Of a stretch of 64,000 bases of DNA, positions 24,191 to 37,363 are shown piece by piece. The stretch is taken from contig VJWM01000239.1 in assembly GCA_010909165.1 (NCBI GenBank), positions 124,001 through 188,000 on the forward strand, given 5' to 3'. Every line of letters begins with the position of its first letter. Positions within the stretch are counted from its first letter, which is position 1. Position numbers and translations under genes: made by a program. Below the pieces are notes generated by a model. It made no database searches and was not told the DNA's origin. It saw only the letters and a list, made by a program, of their open reading frames with translations. The DNA comes from Anthoceros angustus. Lineage: Eukaryota > Plantae > Anthocerotophyta.

Positions 24191-27100
24191 ACTTCCCTTG
24201 TTGCAGCATAGGTGCTAGGATAGTGATATTCCAGGTCCCTTTGCTTACTGAGGAGAAGGATCAGAGTTGCAGCGTTGGTGTGTTCAGAATTTTCGTTTTC
24301 ACATTGATTCTGTGGCTGGGGTTTTGCTTTCTCGGAGGCTGCCTTGCAGCACTTGCTTACCTAGCTGGTGGCTGATCTCTGGCGTGCTGTCTACATGGGC
24401 AATGCCCTCGACGAGGAGGAGGTAGTCCACGCATCGACTGAGGACAAGGGACGTGCCAGCCAGGGTCTTTGCAAGGAGGCGGCCTGGCAGCGGCTGTCTC
24501 TAGGAGGAGACCCAGCGGGAGCAGATCCTGGTGCTGAGCAGCTACAACTGCTGCAGGCACAAGTTGGTCCCTTTGCTAACCGGCCCCGATCCAGTTGCAC
24601 CAGATTTTGGTGACTTGAGGCAGGATAGTGGAGGCTAAGGTGCTGACCATTCATTGGTGATTTCAACAGCACAAGGAGGATAGACTAAAGCTGACCTCTC
24701 GGAGGATCTGATACCATGGAGTCAGGACCATCAAGTAGGCACGAAAAATTCTCAGGCAGGCCTGGGACTATGTCTTTGAGAGATTTCCGCCACGTGTGAG
24801 TGAGGCAATCAGCCGGGTGAAGTTCAAGCACTGCGTTGTACAATCACCTGTACATGTTCGAACAGCTGTCTGCCTACATGGCTGATGAGGCATTGGATTT
24901 GTCGAGGCTCACCAAGCAGATTTGACGCCACGGTGCAAACCTTGAATCCTTTGCACCAGGGGCGCTGCAGCTAGCCTACAATGCCAAGTTGCAGGCCGCC
25001 ATTACAGCTCATCAACAGGCCATTGCTAATGGCACTGTTGCCACCGTCAGCCTCCTACAGTGGTGAGCCCCTCACCCCAGCGGAGAGGACAACAGCAGCA
25101 GATTGATGAGTTCATCCAGACTCCCAAGCATGCCAACCCCGTGGAGGAGTTTCTGAAGATTCTGGAAAAGGCCTTCCCCTCAAAACTCCGGAGAAAATCG
25201 CTGAGTTGGCTACTTTTGCGAGGAAGAAAGGGAGACAGTCCAGATGTGCTTCCGTAGGCTGCAAAAGCTACGTGAGGGTACTGGCATGTTGACGGATCAG
25301 GAGGCGGAGAAATTCTTAGTTGCCCTGGAGGGTGATTCTCTTTTCACTTCCAGCTTGTGTCCTCCTTGGTGGACAAATATGGTGATAACTACACCTTGGA
25401 GCAAGTGCATGAAGAGGCGGAGAAGAAGGAGATCGCCTACCGGTGTTCTCCTCCAAGCATGCCAAGTCCTTCCATCACTACCAGTCCATGTTCACCAACA
25501 AGGGGTCAACCACGCATGGGGAGCTTCCTCAAGGCAGGGCCAGCTAAGCCAGCCAAGGCAGGGGCAGCAGCTACTACAGCAGCAGCAGCACCTGCGGCTT
25601 ATGCAATTACTGTGGCAGTCCAGAGCACTTGTCCACTGCATGCAAGTGTCCATCGGAGGGTTTGTTCTGCACTCACTGCCAGAAGAACGGCCATGTTGTC
25701 ACGGTCTGCTTCCAGAAACATCCGGAGGCGGTATCAGAAGGCAAAGGCAGAGGTTGGTGGGACAGCAGTGGCACCTACAGCTGCTGCAGCTGGAACAGCA
25801 GGGCCTTCACGGAGCAAACAACAACGTGACAAGGCCAAGGCCAAGAATACTGCCAATGCTGAGAAGGTCGCAACCTTGGAGGCACAACTGGCAGCATTGG
25901 CCACGCAGGTGGCCAATCTCTAGTGCTGAAGGAGCCAAACCGCTGCAGCAGTAGAACTTGTTGCAGTACCTGAAGGAGAGGACTACGGCCTGCCACATCA
26001 GGTCTGCACAGCGGATAAGGCACCAAGTGACAGCCAAGAGGGACGTGTTGTGATGCCGACCAGCTGGGTGGGGCATGTGCTCCCAAATACCACGCTGGAC
26101 ATTACATCAGCAGCTACTGGACCTGTCACTGGGCAACGAGGGGCGAGGGCAGTGATGCCTCAATCCTATGTGCCATTGCCGCCAGGTTCTGCCATTCCGA
26201 TCAGGGGCAGAGCCATTCTTCATCAGGTCAGAGCCAAGTGGATCAGCCCCTCAAAGGGGCAGGGCATATCACATGCGGAAAAATTGTACTTGCTTCCACA
26301 GGCTGTCACTGCTGAACAGGTGGCTAAGAGGCTCACGGAGATCCCACTCTTCACTCTCCAGGAGCTTGGAGTTACACCCAGCCGGCTGCAGCAAATGATG
26401 CAGACACTAGAAGTTGTGGCCACATGCAATGAGCCCGATCCTGTGGTTGCTCATGCCCGATTGTGGGAACTCCCACCAGACAGATCGTCACGCTGTGACA
26501 GCAGCCTTCAGCCCATGGAGCAGCCACGAATGCATTCCGGCTTGCTGGAAGGAGTCTGCAGTGTACAGGTGGCAGGCCAAGTTGGTGACAGACCACGAGT
26601 GCAGCCCCAACAGGCTCAACACCCGGGTTAGCAACGCTGTTGTTGTCGAGCAGGGCACGTGACGGTGAATGGTTACGCACCCAGGGTGGTGCTGCTTGAC
26701 ACAGGTGCACAGCCAGTCATAATCGGCAAGGTGCTGGCAGCCAGGTTGCATCTGAAGGGTGATGCTCTTCGCACATCACCCTGGAACATCAGGACTGCTT
26801 CCAGGGCAATTGAGCCAGTGTGTGGGAAACCATCCGACCGTGGATATTACCCTTAACCCGGCACGCCAGATGAGATGACCTTGTCATTGCCCTGTCTTGT
26901 GACCACAGCCACCAACTCGATGTCTTGTTGGGTCAAGAATTTTGTACCCACCAGGCATTGGCGTGGACAACTGGACGGAACAAGCCTTTACAGGCCTGAT
27001 TGGAGACAAGGGGGCTCCGTGTGGCGCATCTGCCACTGGACCTTCATGGTAAAACAGTTGCTGATGTGGCCTCGCTTGTAGCCTGCCAAATGGTTTGTGA

Positions 27101-27369
27101 CATTCAGTCTTGCAACCTTGGCGAGCTAGTGAGGACACTGCCCATGTAGAAGCGGCTGGAGTCTGCAGCTGATGAGGACTCACCTGGCAGTGGCAGCACT
27201 TTGTCTCAAGCCATGGCTCATCCAGACTACCCTGCTGAGGTGGCCGCACGTTTGCAGAATGCCAAGGCTCAATTGCAGCGTGTCCAGAGCCTTGTGGCTA
27301 CAGGGTTGGCGCATCCCACACAGGACAAGCTGAACTGCACTGTGATCACGTGGGCACCCTCTCAGCCTG

Positions 27370-28270
27370 AACTAACGGTGGTAGAGCTATTTGGGGTATC
27401 TGCACTGGCTGGAGGCTTTGCTATTGACGGGCTCACTATCCGGCTATGTCTATTGTGACAAGGACCCAATAGCCAGGGACATTGCAGCCTTCAGACTGCT
27501 TGGGCTGCAACAGCGCTTTCCAGCAACTACCCCAGAGGCCACTCACAGCGTTTTTACGGCCTGGCCACAGGATGTGCAGTACATCCAACAGGCCCACATC
27601 CATGCTTTGGGACCTGTGGACATGGTCATCGCTGGCTGGGAATGCCAGGGGTTTTCCAGGGCAGGCCGTGGCCAAGGCTTAGAAGATGCACGTTCAGGCC
27701 TCTTTCGGGACTTGCACCAGGTGCTCGCTCAGCAAGATAATCCACACTGTGCTTATCTCTTGGAAAACACACCTGCCCAGCTGGACTCACGCCCACATGT
27801 GCAACAGGACATGGTGATTGTGCAGCATTATGTGGGCTCCCATATGGATGCTGCCCAGGTGGGGTAGCTATGCCCTGAGCTACGCAATTATTGGACAAAC
27901 CTTGTCCCTCTTTGATTCTTGAGCTAGCCTTACGTGGCACCACCAGGGATCCCCACTTGCAGCTGCAGCTGGTCTTGGAACCACATCAAGCCAGTCACTG
28001 CTAGTGCGTGCCTTGGTTCCCTACCAATGTGCCAGGGCAGCCGAGACAGGCGTTGCCCACGCCGTGAGTTTTCCAGGCTCTTTTGCATACAGAGCTCAAG
28101 GCAATGGCATGCTCCTTAACACTACCACTCAGCAATGGGAGGAACCTGGTAGAGGAGGCGAGGCGCCTGATGGGTTTCCAAACAGGGCAGCACCTCAAGT
28201 CACTCGACCCCAGTGCTGCAGCCATAGGCAGAGCCATGGACCTTCACGCCATTACTTGGCTGGTCAGCCT
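27370..28270 (+). CDS. DNMT3-like C5 cytosine methyltransferase domain within gypsy pol (copy 1; frameshifted in this assembly)
   Basis: Motifs in order: I LTVVELFG, II YVYCDKD, III PQDVQ, IV GPVDMVIAGWECQGFSRAG, GLEDARSGLF, VI YLLENT, VIII MDAAQVG...RNYWTNL, IX EARRLMGF, X IGRAMDLHAI. Confidence 0.88.
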
Positions 28271-29912
28271 CTGCCTCGCCTTTCAATTGCACGCCAAGTT
28301 GCAGCTGTAGCCCTTCCTAGCTTGCTGGCCAGTATGTGCCCAGCAGATGCTGTCCATTTTCCCTTTCCTGGCTACACTCACCTACCCTTTTGGCCAGATG
28401 CTGGGGGTGGAGCAGCCTACATGGGGAAACAGGTCTGCTTTTTCCGCATCTGACCACAAGGGAAGTGAGCATGGAGCATCAACAAAGGTCACAGCTGATA
28501 ATTTCCCTTGGAAGATGGGGATGAGCTCACAGACCTGCAGAAGCAGAGGATTCACGTGCTACTGCTGAAGTATCGAGACTGCTTCGCCTTCTCAATGAAG
28601 GAGCTGAAGAGGTGTAATGTGTTGACCTTTAGGATCAACCTTACCACCTCGGAGCCCATCTACAGGAGAAGGTACCGTCTCAGCAAGACAGAATGGGACA
28701 TGGTGGACGCCCGCTGCAGGAATTGCTGGAAGCAGGGTTGATCAGGCCCTCCAGCAGTGACTATGCTGCTGCCACCGTGATAAGAAGGACAGCCAAGGGC
28801 TGTGGACTGAGAAGAGGATGCGGGACTATCGTCCCATAAATGTAGCAACAGCACAGGATCGGTACCGATGCCGACCCCTGAAGAAATTTTTGACCGCATT
28901 GGGCAGTCAGTCTTCTTCTCCACACTTGACCTACGCCAAGGATTCAACCAGGTGCCGGTTGCTGAGGAGGACATCAAGAAGACTGCCTTCCATGGATCTC
29001 AGCAGCTGTGGGAGTGGCTGGTGATGCCTTTTGGATTTAAAATGCACCAGTCACCTTCCAGAGGATAATGGATCTTGTGCTGGCAGGTGCAGCATATTTG
29101 ATGTGCTACATTGGCGATGTCCTTGTGCACAGGATTTTGAGCAGCACTTGGCACATCTAGAGGATCTGTTCCTTAGGTTGCGGAAGGCTGAGCTCACGTG
29201 CCACCCCTCCAAATGTGAGTTTGGGATGAGCACTGTAGCATACTTGGGACACAAGATCGTGCCCAATGGAGTCATGCCTCATGCAGCCAAGATCCAGGCC
29301 ATTCAGCGGGTGAAGAAGCCCACCAATGTGTCAGCACTACGGGCATTTCTAGGATTGTGCAACTATTACAGGGTGTACATCCAGAATTTCAGCAGGATTG
29401 CTAAACCGCTGAACAACCTATTGCGCAAGGACGTGGAGTGGCTGTGGGATGAGCATGCTCAACAGTCTTTGACACCTTGAAAGAGCGGCTCAGCACATCA
29501 CCCATTATGGCTCGTCCCAATTTTGACAAGCCGTTTGTGCTTCATACAGACTGGAGTAGTCTGGGGCTGGGTGCTGTACTTGCGCAAGAGGATGAGCAGG
29601 GAAGGAACGTGTGATTGCCTTTGCCTCACGCAGCAACAACCGTGCTGAGGCCAATTACAGCAGCTATGAGGGCGAATGCCTCGCTGTTTGGGCAGTCTGC
29701 CACTTCAGACCTTACCTCTATGGGCAGCAGTTTACCCTTGTCACTGACCATCAACCCTTGAAGTGGCTGATGACAAACACAAAGCTCAGCGGAAACTTGC
29801 TCGCTGGGCCATGATTTTGCAGGATTACAACTTCCATGTGGAGCAGGCCGGGGTGTCACATCAGAATGCGGACACCCTCTCCAGGAATCGGATAGCAGCT
29901 GTAGGGATGCAC

Positions 29913-32900
29913 GATTTTTTTTGTTTTAAGAGTGTTTGTATAGCAGTGCTTTGAGAATCGCCCGGTAAGGTCTTTTATACGAGAATGGTCCTTGGCCCTT
30001 GGGATAATAATTTGTTTTTTGAACCTTAGGTTTTTCGACCCCTATAGGTAGGTCGGAGATAGAGTCCTTGGGTTTTGGTGATTTTAGAAATAAGAAAGTG
30101 TCTATATATGTTGGTGCCTACACCGCCGCCACGCGCAAGCGGGAGGTAGCCGCCCACCACGGTCAAGAACGGACGACGCACTGTGGGAGTTTACAACCCT
30201 AGTGGCGAGTGGCCGCCACTGAGAATCGAGACGACACACCAAAGACCGCGAGGTCGCGAATTCGGGCCGAGCGCTGAGCAGCAAGTCGGGCGCGATGCAA
30301 CCGCACCGGCGAGCTCGTCATTGCAGTTGGACGACTACCGTGCAGACGGCGGCGAAAAAGAGAACCAGGCGGTAGCGAAGGAGGAAAAGAGACGCCGAGG
30401 CAAGAGCGCCAACAAGAAGTGGAGGAGACGCGAGGTGGTGTCCTTCACCAGCGCTGGAGTTGGGTTCTTTTCTCAAGAAGGAGAAAGAGATGGCGCCGAG
30501 TCAGGGCCGAAATTTCACTCAAAGGCCCAACATGGACCATCGGAAGGTGAGAGGCAGCCGCGGTCCGGAATTTATGGAGATGAAATGGTGTTAGGCTGTC
30601 AAAGATTGGTGTGCGCAATTGAGAACCAAGTTGCAAGAGGGAGACGCGAGGAAGAGGCCGAAAACTGGATTTGGGACTCTTCGAGGTATGGGCGAGAAGC
30701 ATCGAGGATGGAAGCTTGGTAACCCCAGAAAGAAGACCCCGAGTCGCACCGCGCCATGAAGCCTGGGAAGTGAGAGTGAACAATGGATGGGTGACTCGCC
30801 AACTCGTGTCTGCTGGTGGGATTAGCCAAGTGGATTTTGTGTTTCGCAGAATCGGAAGTTGATCGGGCACTACTCGGTCTTTCTTCATGAGGTGGTTAAA
30901 GGTACTCAAATCGACGGATGATCTTTGAAAGAGCCTGTGAGGAGAGGGCGAATTGTTCTCCCTTCCCTCGACCTCCTTGATTTCACCTTTTCTAATTCAT
31001 GTGTTCGCATTCGTGTCTAACGGAGTTGGAAGTCGGTCCGCCTTCATAGCCGGAAACCGGCCGTGAACTCAAGGTAGAGGAGGAGGAGTGTAAGGAAGAT
31101 TCCGGAAGGATTCCAGAAGCTTGGGAATGCGCCCCTAGAAGATCGGATGAAGGTGGAGGTTTCAAGGGCAAGAAGTGAGGGCGGACGGCCGAACGGGGTG
31201 GGGAAGGGAAGGACACAAGGCAGAAGAGGAACCCCAGCCACACCTAGGGTCACCAGTCGAATCAGCAGGAACGAGAGTGAAGGAGGAGAAAATAAAAGGG
31301 AACGACAAGTTGTGCCCTCTCAGTGGGAGGAGTCGCCGCTAGGAGAGATTGGAGCGGATGAGGAGATTGTGGCAAACCAACCCCTAGAAGAAGAGGGGTT
31401 AGCGATAGCCAAGTCCGCGCGGAGCTCCGAACATTTTTGGCATTTCAACGTCCTACCAAGTGGAGGTGTGACACCGTCATAGAATTGTTGTGGAAGGGAA
31501 TGGGCACGGACAGCCAATCGAACTGCAGCCTTGACTTCGCCATGGCTCGACGCAGTGATCTCCTCGACCAGCCGCCATGGCTCACCGGCCGAGTGTGCCA
31601 ACAGGAAAAGTTGCTCAAGGAGAAGTTGGAGAGCCCGAAGGCGAGAACAAGGTGGCGAGGAGCGCAGACGGAATGCGAGGCGGCCCTATGCAAGGCACAG
31701 GAGCAAAGGCCATGTCCACCCAACAGAGGCCTTAGTGAATCAGTCAAGCGATGCCACAATCGAGGAGCTTCAAGATGAGGTCTCATGAGCCTGTGAACAA
31801 ATGGAAACAATGGCGCCCGAGAAATTCAAGAAGCGGAGAGATATAAGCGAGAGAGAGATGAAGCTAGGGCCGAGTCAAGAGAGAGGTGGCCAAACCAAGA
31901 AGGGCAGAGCCACAAGAACCGCAGAGTCAAGCCACCACCGGGGAAACTACCACCACGGTGGCTAAACCGCCACCGTCGGGAGGAACCGAGGTGGGGAAGT
32001 CACCGAGCGCCGCAGTGGGGATACGATCCGGATTCCAAGGCCTGCCTGTGATTGTCCACGGAGGAGAGGGTAAGAACCTCTCAGAAGAGTGACAGGGCGT
32101 CTGGATGAGGATGCTCATGTCACAGCTGCACTGCATGGTGGTGCTCACTCTAAATGTGTATGTGGTTGTTGGGACGGGAGGCGGCTTGGTGCACATCTTG
32201 GCCGCCACAGGCGTTTACGATGGTTCTTCCGAGCAGGCGGGGCCTACCCCAAGTGGTGATCGAGGAAATGGCGGCGGAAGCTTGAGGCGTGGAGGGAGGA
32301 GCACACGGTGTGTGTCCGCGATGAGGAGGCGGAATAACGGGCCTAGGGCAAACAGCGCCCATGGGAAGGCCGAAAAGCTGCAGGCGTGTGAGGTGGAGGT
32401 TTTGGGGAGAATCGCTCGGATCGGGCGTGGCGGGAGGCGGGCAGGAACCCCAGCCCCTTGAGGGCTAAGCGACAACAGCGGGCCAGCAGCGATTTTAGGA
32501 GGCCAGACATCATAGGCGAGGCTTCTTTTTGGGGTAGAGGATAGGATGTTTTGAGGACCCGTGGGCAGTTTCTGAATTGGTAGGAGGCGCTCGTGGTAGT
32601 GGGCCATATTTTCTAGACACCTTTGGTAGGAGTGGTGGAAATCCACGGTGAATGTATAGAGACCCTTGAGTCTCTCTAGAGACAATTTGGTGTGAACTTC
32701 CGTGTGTTGAAGCTATGAGGTTGATTGGAGGCGTCGATCAAACTCGTTCGATGCACCGCCTTCTCGTCACAGGGGAAGATCACTGGATGGTCGAGGCGGG
32801 TGGCCAAGCTTACGGTGTGGGGGCGGACTCCCTTGAGGCCGTCAAGGCTGCCTCAGTTACCTCTTGCAACCCTTGCTGCTCGGCGTTCTCCTCCTCCGTC

Positions 32901-35900
32901 GTTGTTCCTCTCACTTGTTCAGGCCATGGGTGAGCTCCCCCACTTCCTGGCCGGACGAGCATGTAGCCTCTCCTCCGGTGCTTTCTTCCCTCGTCTATTC
33001 TTTCCGGAGGTCCCTTCCTTCTCCGGGCGGGCGGTATCCCGTCAGACTCACGGCTTCCTCCACATGCGCAACCTTGCGGCGTCGAACTCCTTGCACGTCG
33101 CCTATTCTCCTCCGTCTTCAAAGCGGGCTGGATCGCTCGAAGTCTTGGATTCTCGTTGAGAACCCTGCTGCTCCATGCATCTTGGGTTGCAACTCCAAGG
33201 TGTCCTCCTTCCTCCGCCCGCCCTTCTACCTCCTGCTGTGCAGGGTCCCCAATCTCCCGGGTCTGGCCTCCGATGCCTCCTCACGGCTCGGCCGTGCTTG
33301 CTCCTTCTTGCTCGGCCTTGAGTTGGCGCGGCTCTCGGCGCCTCCCTCCACGGTTCGATCACCATGAGTGATCGCGATCGGCCCGGCCTCCGCCTCCTTG
33401 GCCACCTTCACACGAGCCTCTCTGGCTCAGTCTCGTCGGGCCGCCTCCGCCCGTCGAGCTTTTACCTTGCTGCTCTTGCCTCCTGCGCTGCCTGCGGAGG
33501 TCCTCGGCGCTTGGGCCTCCTTAGGCCCCTTGTGCTCCTCGGTGAAGGAATTTAGTCCGGTCCTGCGGATGGACCCGACCTCCCTCTCGCCTCCGGCGTT
33601 TCCTTCCTCTGTCGGCGAGGTTTCCGCCTCCCCACAGGCTCGGGCCGCACGGCCTGGCTCCACCATCCGCACGGTGGCCTCCACGGTTTTCTCGGTCCAC
33701 AGGTCCCAGGCATACCGTCCATGGTAGCAACCGCCGTGTTTCTTCCACGGCCTCAGTGAGACCCACAAAGTCCGTAGTGGGCGGGCATCTCACGGTCCGT
33801 CAGGACCTCCCCTTGATCGGAGCAAGTCGGGGTTGGGTTCTCGGACCAATCGGGACCCTTAGGTCACGAGTCTTGAGCTTCCCCTCCTTGGCCCTTGGGA
33901 TAATAATTTGTTTTTTGAACCTTAGGTTTTTCGACCCCTATAGGTAGGTCGGAGATAGAGTCCTTGGGTTTTGGTGATTTTAGAAATAAGAAAGTGTCTA
34001 TATATGTTGGTGCCTACACCGCCGCCACGCGCAAGCGGGAGGTAGCCGCCCACCACGGTCAAGAACGGACGACGCACTGTGGGAGTTTACAACCCTAGTG
34101 GCGAGTGGCCGCCACTGAGAATCGAGACGACACACCAAAGACCGCGAGGTCGCGAATTCGGGCCGAGCGCTGAGCAGCAAGTCGGGCGCGATGCAACCGC
34201 ACCGGCGAGCTCGTCATTGCAGTTGGACGACTACCGTGCAGACGGCGGCGAAAAAGAGAACCAGGCGGTAGCGAAGGAGGAAAAGAGACGCCGAGGCAAG
34301 AGCGCCAACAAGAAGTGGAGGAGACGCGAGGTGGTGTCCTTCACCAGCGCTGGAGTTGGGTTCTTTTCTCAAGAAGGAGAAAGAGATGGCGCCGAGTCAG
34401 GGCCGAAATTTCACTCAAAGGCCCAACATGGACCATCGGAAGGTGAGAGGCAGCCGCGGTCCGGAATTTATGGAGATGAAATGGTGTTAGGCTGTCAAAG
34501 ATTGGTGTGCGCAATTGAGAACCAAGTTGCAAGAGGGAGACGCGAGGAAGAGGCCGAAAACTGGATTTGGGACTCTTCGAGGTATGGGCGAGAAGCATCG
34601 AGGATGGAAGCTTGGTAACCCCAGAAAGAAGACCCCGAGTCGCACCGCGCCATGAAGCCTGGGAAGTGAGAGTGAACAATGGATGGGTGACTCGCCAACT
34701 CGTGTCTGCTGGTGGGATTAGCCAAGTGGATTTTGTGTTTCGCAGAATCGGAAGTTGATCGGGCACTACTCGGTCTTTCTTCATGAGGTGGTTAAAGGTA
34801 CTCAAATCGACGGATGATCTTTGAAAGAGCCTGTGAGGAGAGGGCGAATTGTTCTCCCTTCCCTCGACCTCCTTGATTTCACCTTTTCTAATTCATGTGT
34901 TCGCATTCGTGTCTAACGGAGTTGGAAGTCGGTCCGCCTTCATAGCCGGAAACCGGCCGTGAACTCAAGGTAGAGGAGGAGGAGTGTAAGGAAGATTCCG
35001 GAAGGATTCCAGAAGCTTGGGAATGCGCCCCTAGAAGATCGGATGAAGGTGGAGGTTTCAAGGGCAAGAAGTGAGGGCGGACGGCCGAACGGGGTGGGGA
35101 AGGGAAGGACACAAGGCAGAAGAGGAACCCCAGCCACACCTAGGGTCACCAGTCGAATCAGCAGGAACGAGAGTGAAGGAGGAGAAAATAAAAGGGAACG
35201 ACAAGTTGTGCCCTCTCAGTGGGAGGAGTCGCCGCTAGGAGAGATTGGAGCGGATGAGGAGATTGTGGCAAACCAACCCCTAGAAGAAGAGGGGTTAGCG
35301 ATAGCCAAGTCCGCGCGGAGCTCCGAACATTTTTGGCATTTCAACGTCCTACCAAGTGGAGGTGTGACACCGTCATAGAATTGTTGTGGAAGGGAATGGG
35401 CACGGACAGCCAATCGAACTGCAGCCTTGACTTCGCCATGGCTCGACGCAGTGATCTCCTCGACCAGCCGCCATGGCTCACCGGCCGAGTGTGCCAACAG
35501 GAAAAGTTGCTCAAGGAGAAGTTGGAGAGCCCGAAGGCGAGAACAAGGTGGCGAGGAGCGCAGACGGAATGCGAGGCGGCCCTATGCAAGGCACAGGAGC
35601 AAAGGCCATGTCCACCCAACAGAGGCCTTAGTGAATCAGTCAAGCGATGCCACAATCGAGGAGCTTCAAGATGAGGTCTCATGAGCCTGTGAACAAATGG
35701 AAACAATGGCGCCCGAGAAATTCAAGAAGCGGAGAGATATAAGCGAGAGAGAGATGAAGCTAGGGCCGAGTCAAGAGAGAGGTGGCCAAACCAAGAAGGG
35801 CAGAGCCACAAGAACCGCAGAGTCAAGCCACCACCGGGGAAACTACCACCACGGTGGCTAAACCGCCACCGTCGGGAGGAACCGAGGTGGGGAAGTCACC

Positions 35901-37363
35901 GAGCGCCGCAGTGGGGATACGATCCGGATTCCAAGGCCTGCCTGTGATTGTCCACGGAGGAGAGGGTAAGAACCTCTCAGAAGAGTGACAGGGCGTCTGG
36001 ATGAGGATGCTCATGTCCTGGCCGCTCGCATGGTGGTGCTCACCTAAATGTGTGGTTGTTGGGATGAGGGGCGTAAACTATTCGACATCTTGACCACGCG
36101 CTACTGGTTCTTCCGAACGGGAGCGGGGCCTACCCCCAAGTGGTGATCGAGGAAATGAGCGGAAGCTGTGGCGTGGAGGGAGGAGCACACTGCTGTCCAA
36201 CGATGAGGAGCGGAATAATGTGCCTAGGGCCTATAACGACGCCCATGGAAGACGCCAAGAAACCGCAGCAAGTGATGCCGAGGTGGAGGTTTTGGGGAGA
36301 ATCGCCGGATCGAGGCGCAGGAGAGCGAGCGACGGAACCCCACCTACAGTGGCTAGGCAAAGAATCATGACGCTACGCTTTTAGGAGAGCGCGACATCAG
36401 GCCGAGGCTTTTTGGGGTAGGGGATAGGATGTTTTGAGGACCCGTGAGTAGTTTCCGAATTGGTAGGAGCGCCGTGGTAGTGGGCCATATTTTCTAGACA
36501 TCGGTAGGAGTGATGGCCGTGGCGGGGCTGGGGTCGGGCGCTTCTGTGTGCTCTGGTTGGGGCACGGAAGGAGGAGGCGGGAATTTCTTCCCATACTTCC
36601 ACAGGTGGTGAGGGGTCCGTTCAGACGTATGAGTCGGAATCCTCGATCGTCCTCCTCCCGAGTCCGTTTGGCGGCCGGCCTCCTCCCTCCGGCGCCCTTG
36701 CCGCTCCACTTGGCGGGGCCTCAGTCCTTTCGGGCGCTCGCTCAAGCTCTCCTTCCTTGAGGAGCTCGAAATGCCCCATACATGGATCGGGTATGGGGGC
36801 GGCCCAGAATGGCGGCTTCTCGGTCTGAGCTTGCGAGCCTCACAGCTAAGCGAAGATAATCCTTCCCAGTCGCCCTCTTCCCCATTGCTGCAGCGTGCGG
36901 GAATATAGATTATCACCAAGGTGATCCACCTTGGTGAGTAGGTTCGATGGACAATGATCACCGCCCTTACTCATTGTCAGCGGTCGGATGTCGACCGTTG
37001 GTGGTCCGTTCGTCGAGCCTTAGCCAGCTGCGTGGGCCCCTTCCCGCCTTGAGGGGCTCGGCACCACTCCCCTCTTCCTCCTTGGGGCGGTTGTAGGCCG
37101 CCTCGGGACCTCAAGGTCCATCGCCTTGGGTCCTCCGGAGGTTCTTGGACCGCACCTCCTTTATTGACCGCGCCTTGACATCTTGGGCAAACTCCGGACG
37201 GTGACTTGTCAAATGTCGGACCATCTGGAACACATCCAAATGCCACTCCTGCACCAATTCTCCCGCTTCACGGGCGAGCCCAAAGTCCGGATAGCGCGGG
37301 TCACAATGTTACGGTTCCATGGCTCCCAAACTTCCGCGGGCTTTTTGGGTGCCATCGCCTCCT
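29913..37363. mobile_element. GC/CpG-rich repeat family fragments (probable retrotransposon accessory-ORF region; no pol seen)
   Basis: Homologous in inverted orientation to 48300-50600, e.g. TPWSCN peptides at ~33190 and ~50185. ORF start MAPKKPAEVWEPW..RNIVT lies at 37355 on the minus strand. Confidence 0.65.
29989..36017. repeat. Apparently identical 2133-bp direct repeat (29989-32121 / 33885-36017), offset 3896 bp
   Basis: The ORF track entries are identical at an offset of 3896. Looser homology continues for ~500 bp beyond the identical block. Confidence 0.92.

Larger units (their letters stand above)
23108..29912 (+). mobile_element. Ty3/gypsy retrotransposon encoding a C5 DNA methyltransferase, copy 1 (5' repeat-gag-PR-DNMT-RT-RNase H; truncated before integrase)
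   Basis: Two CCHC knuckles (CNYCGSPEHLSTAC ~25602; CTHCQKNGHVVTVC ~25668), protease VLLDTGA (~26690), DNMT motifs (~27370-28270), RT (FSTLDLRQGFNQ, MPFG, YIGD) and RNase H (TDWS, YEGECLA, TDHQPL, NADTLSR). Confidence 0.9.

Noticed and set aside
27370-28270. Bacterial restriction-modification methylase or contamination
   Set aside because: The domain is embedded between retroviral protease and RT in both copies, the window contains spliced plant genes, and no endonuclease was seen.
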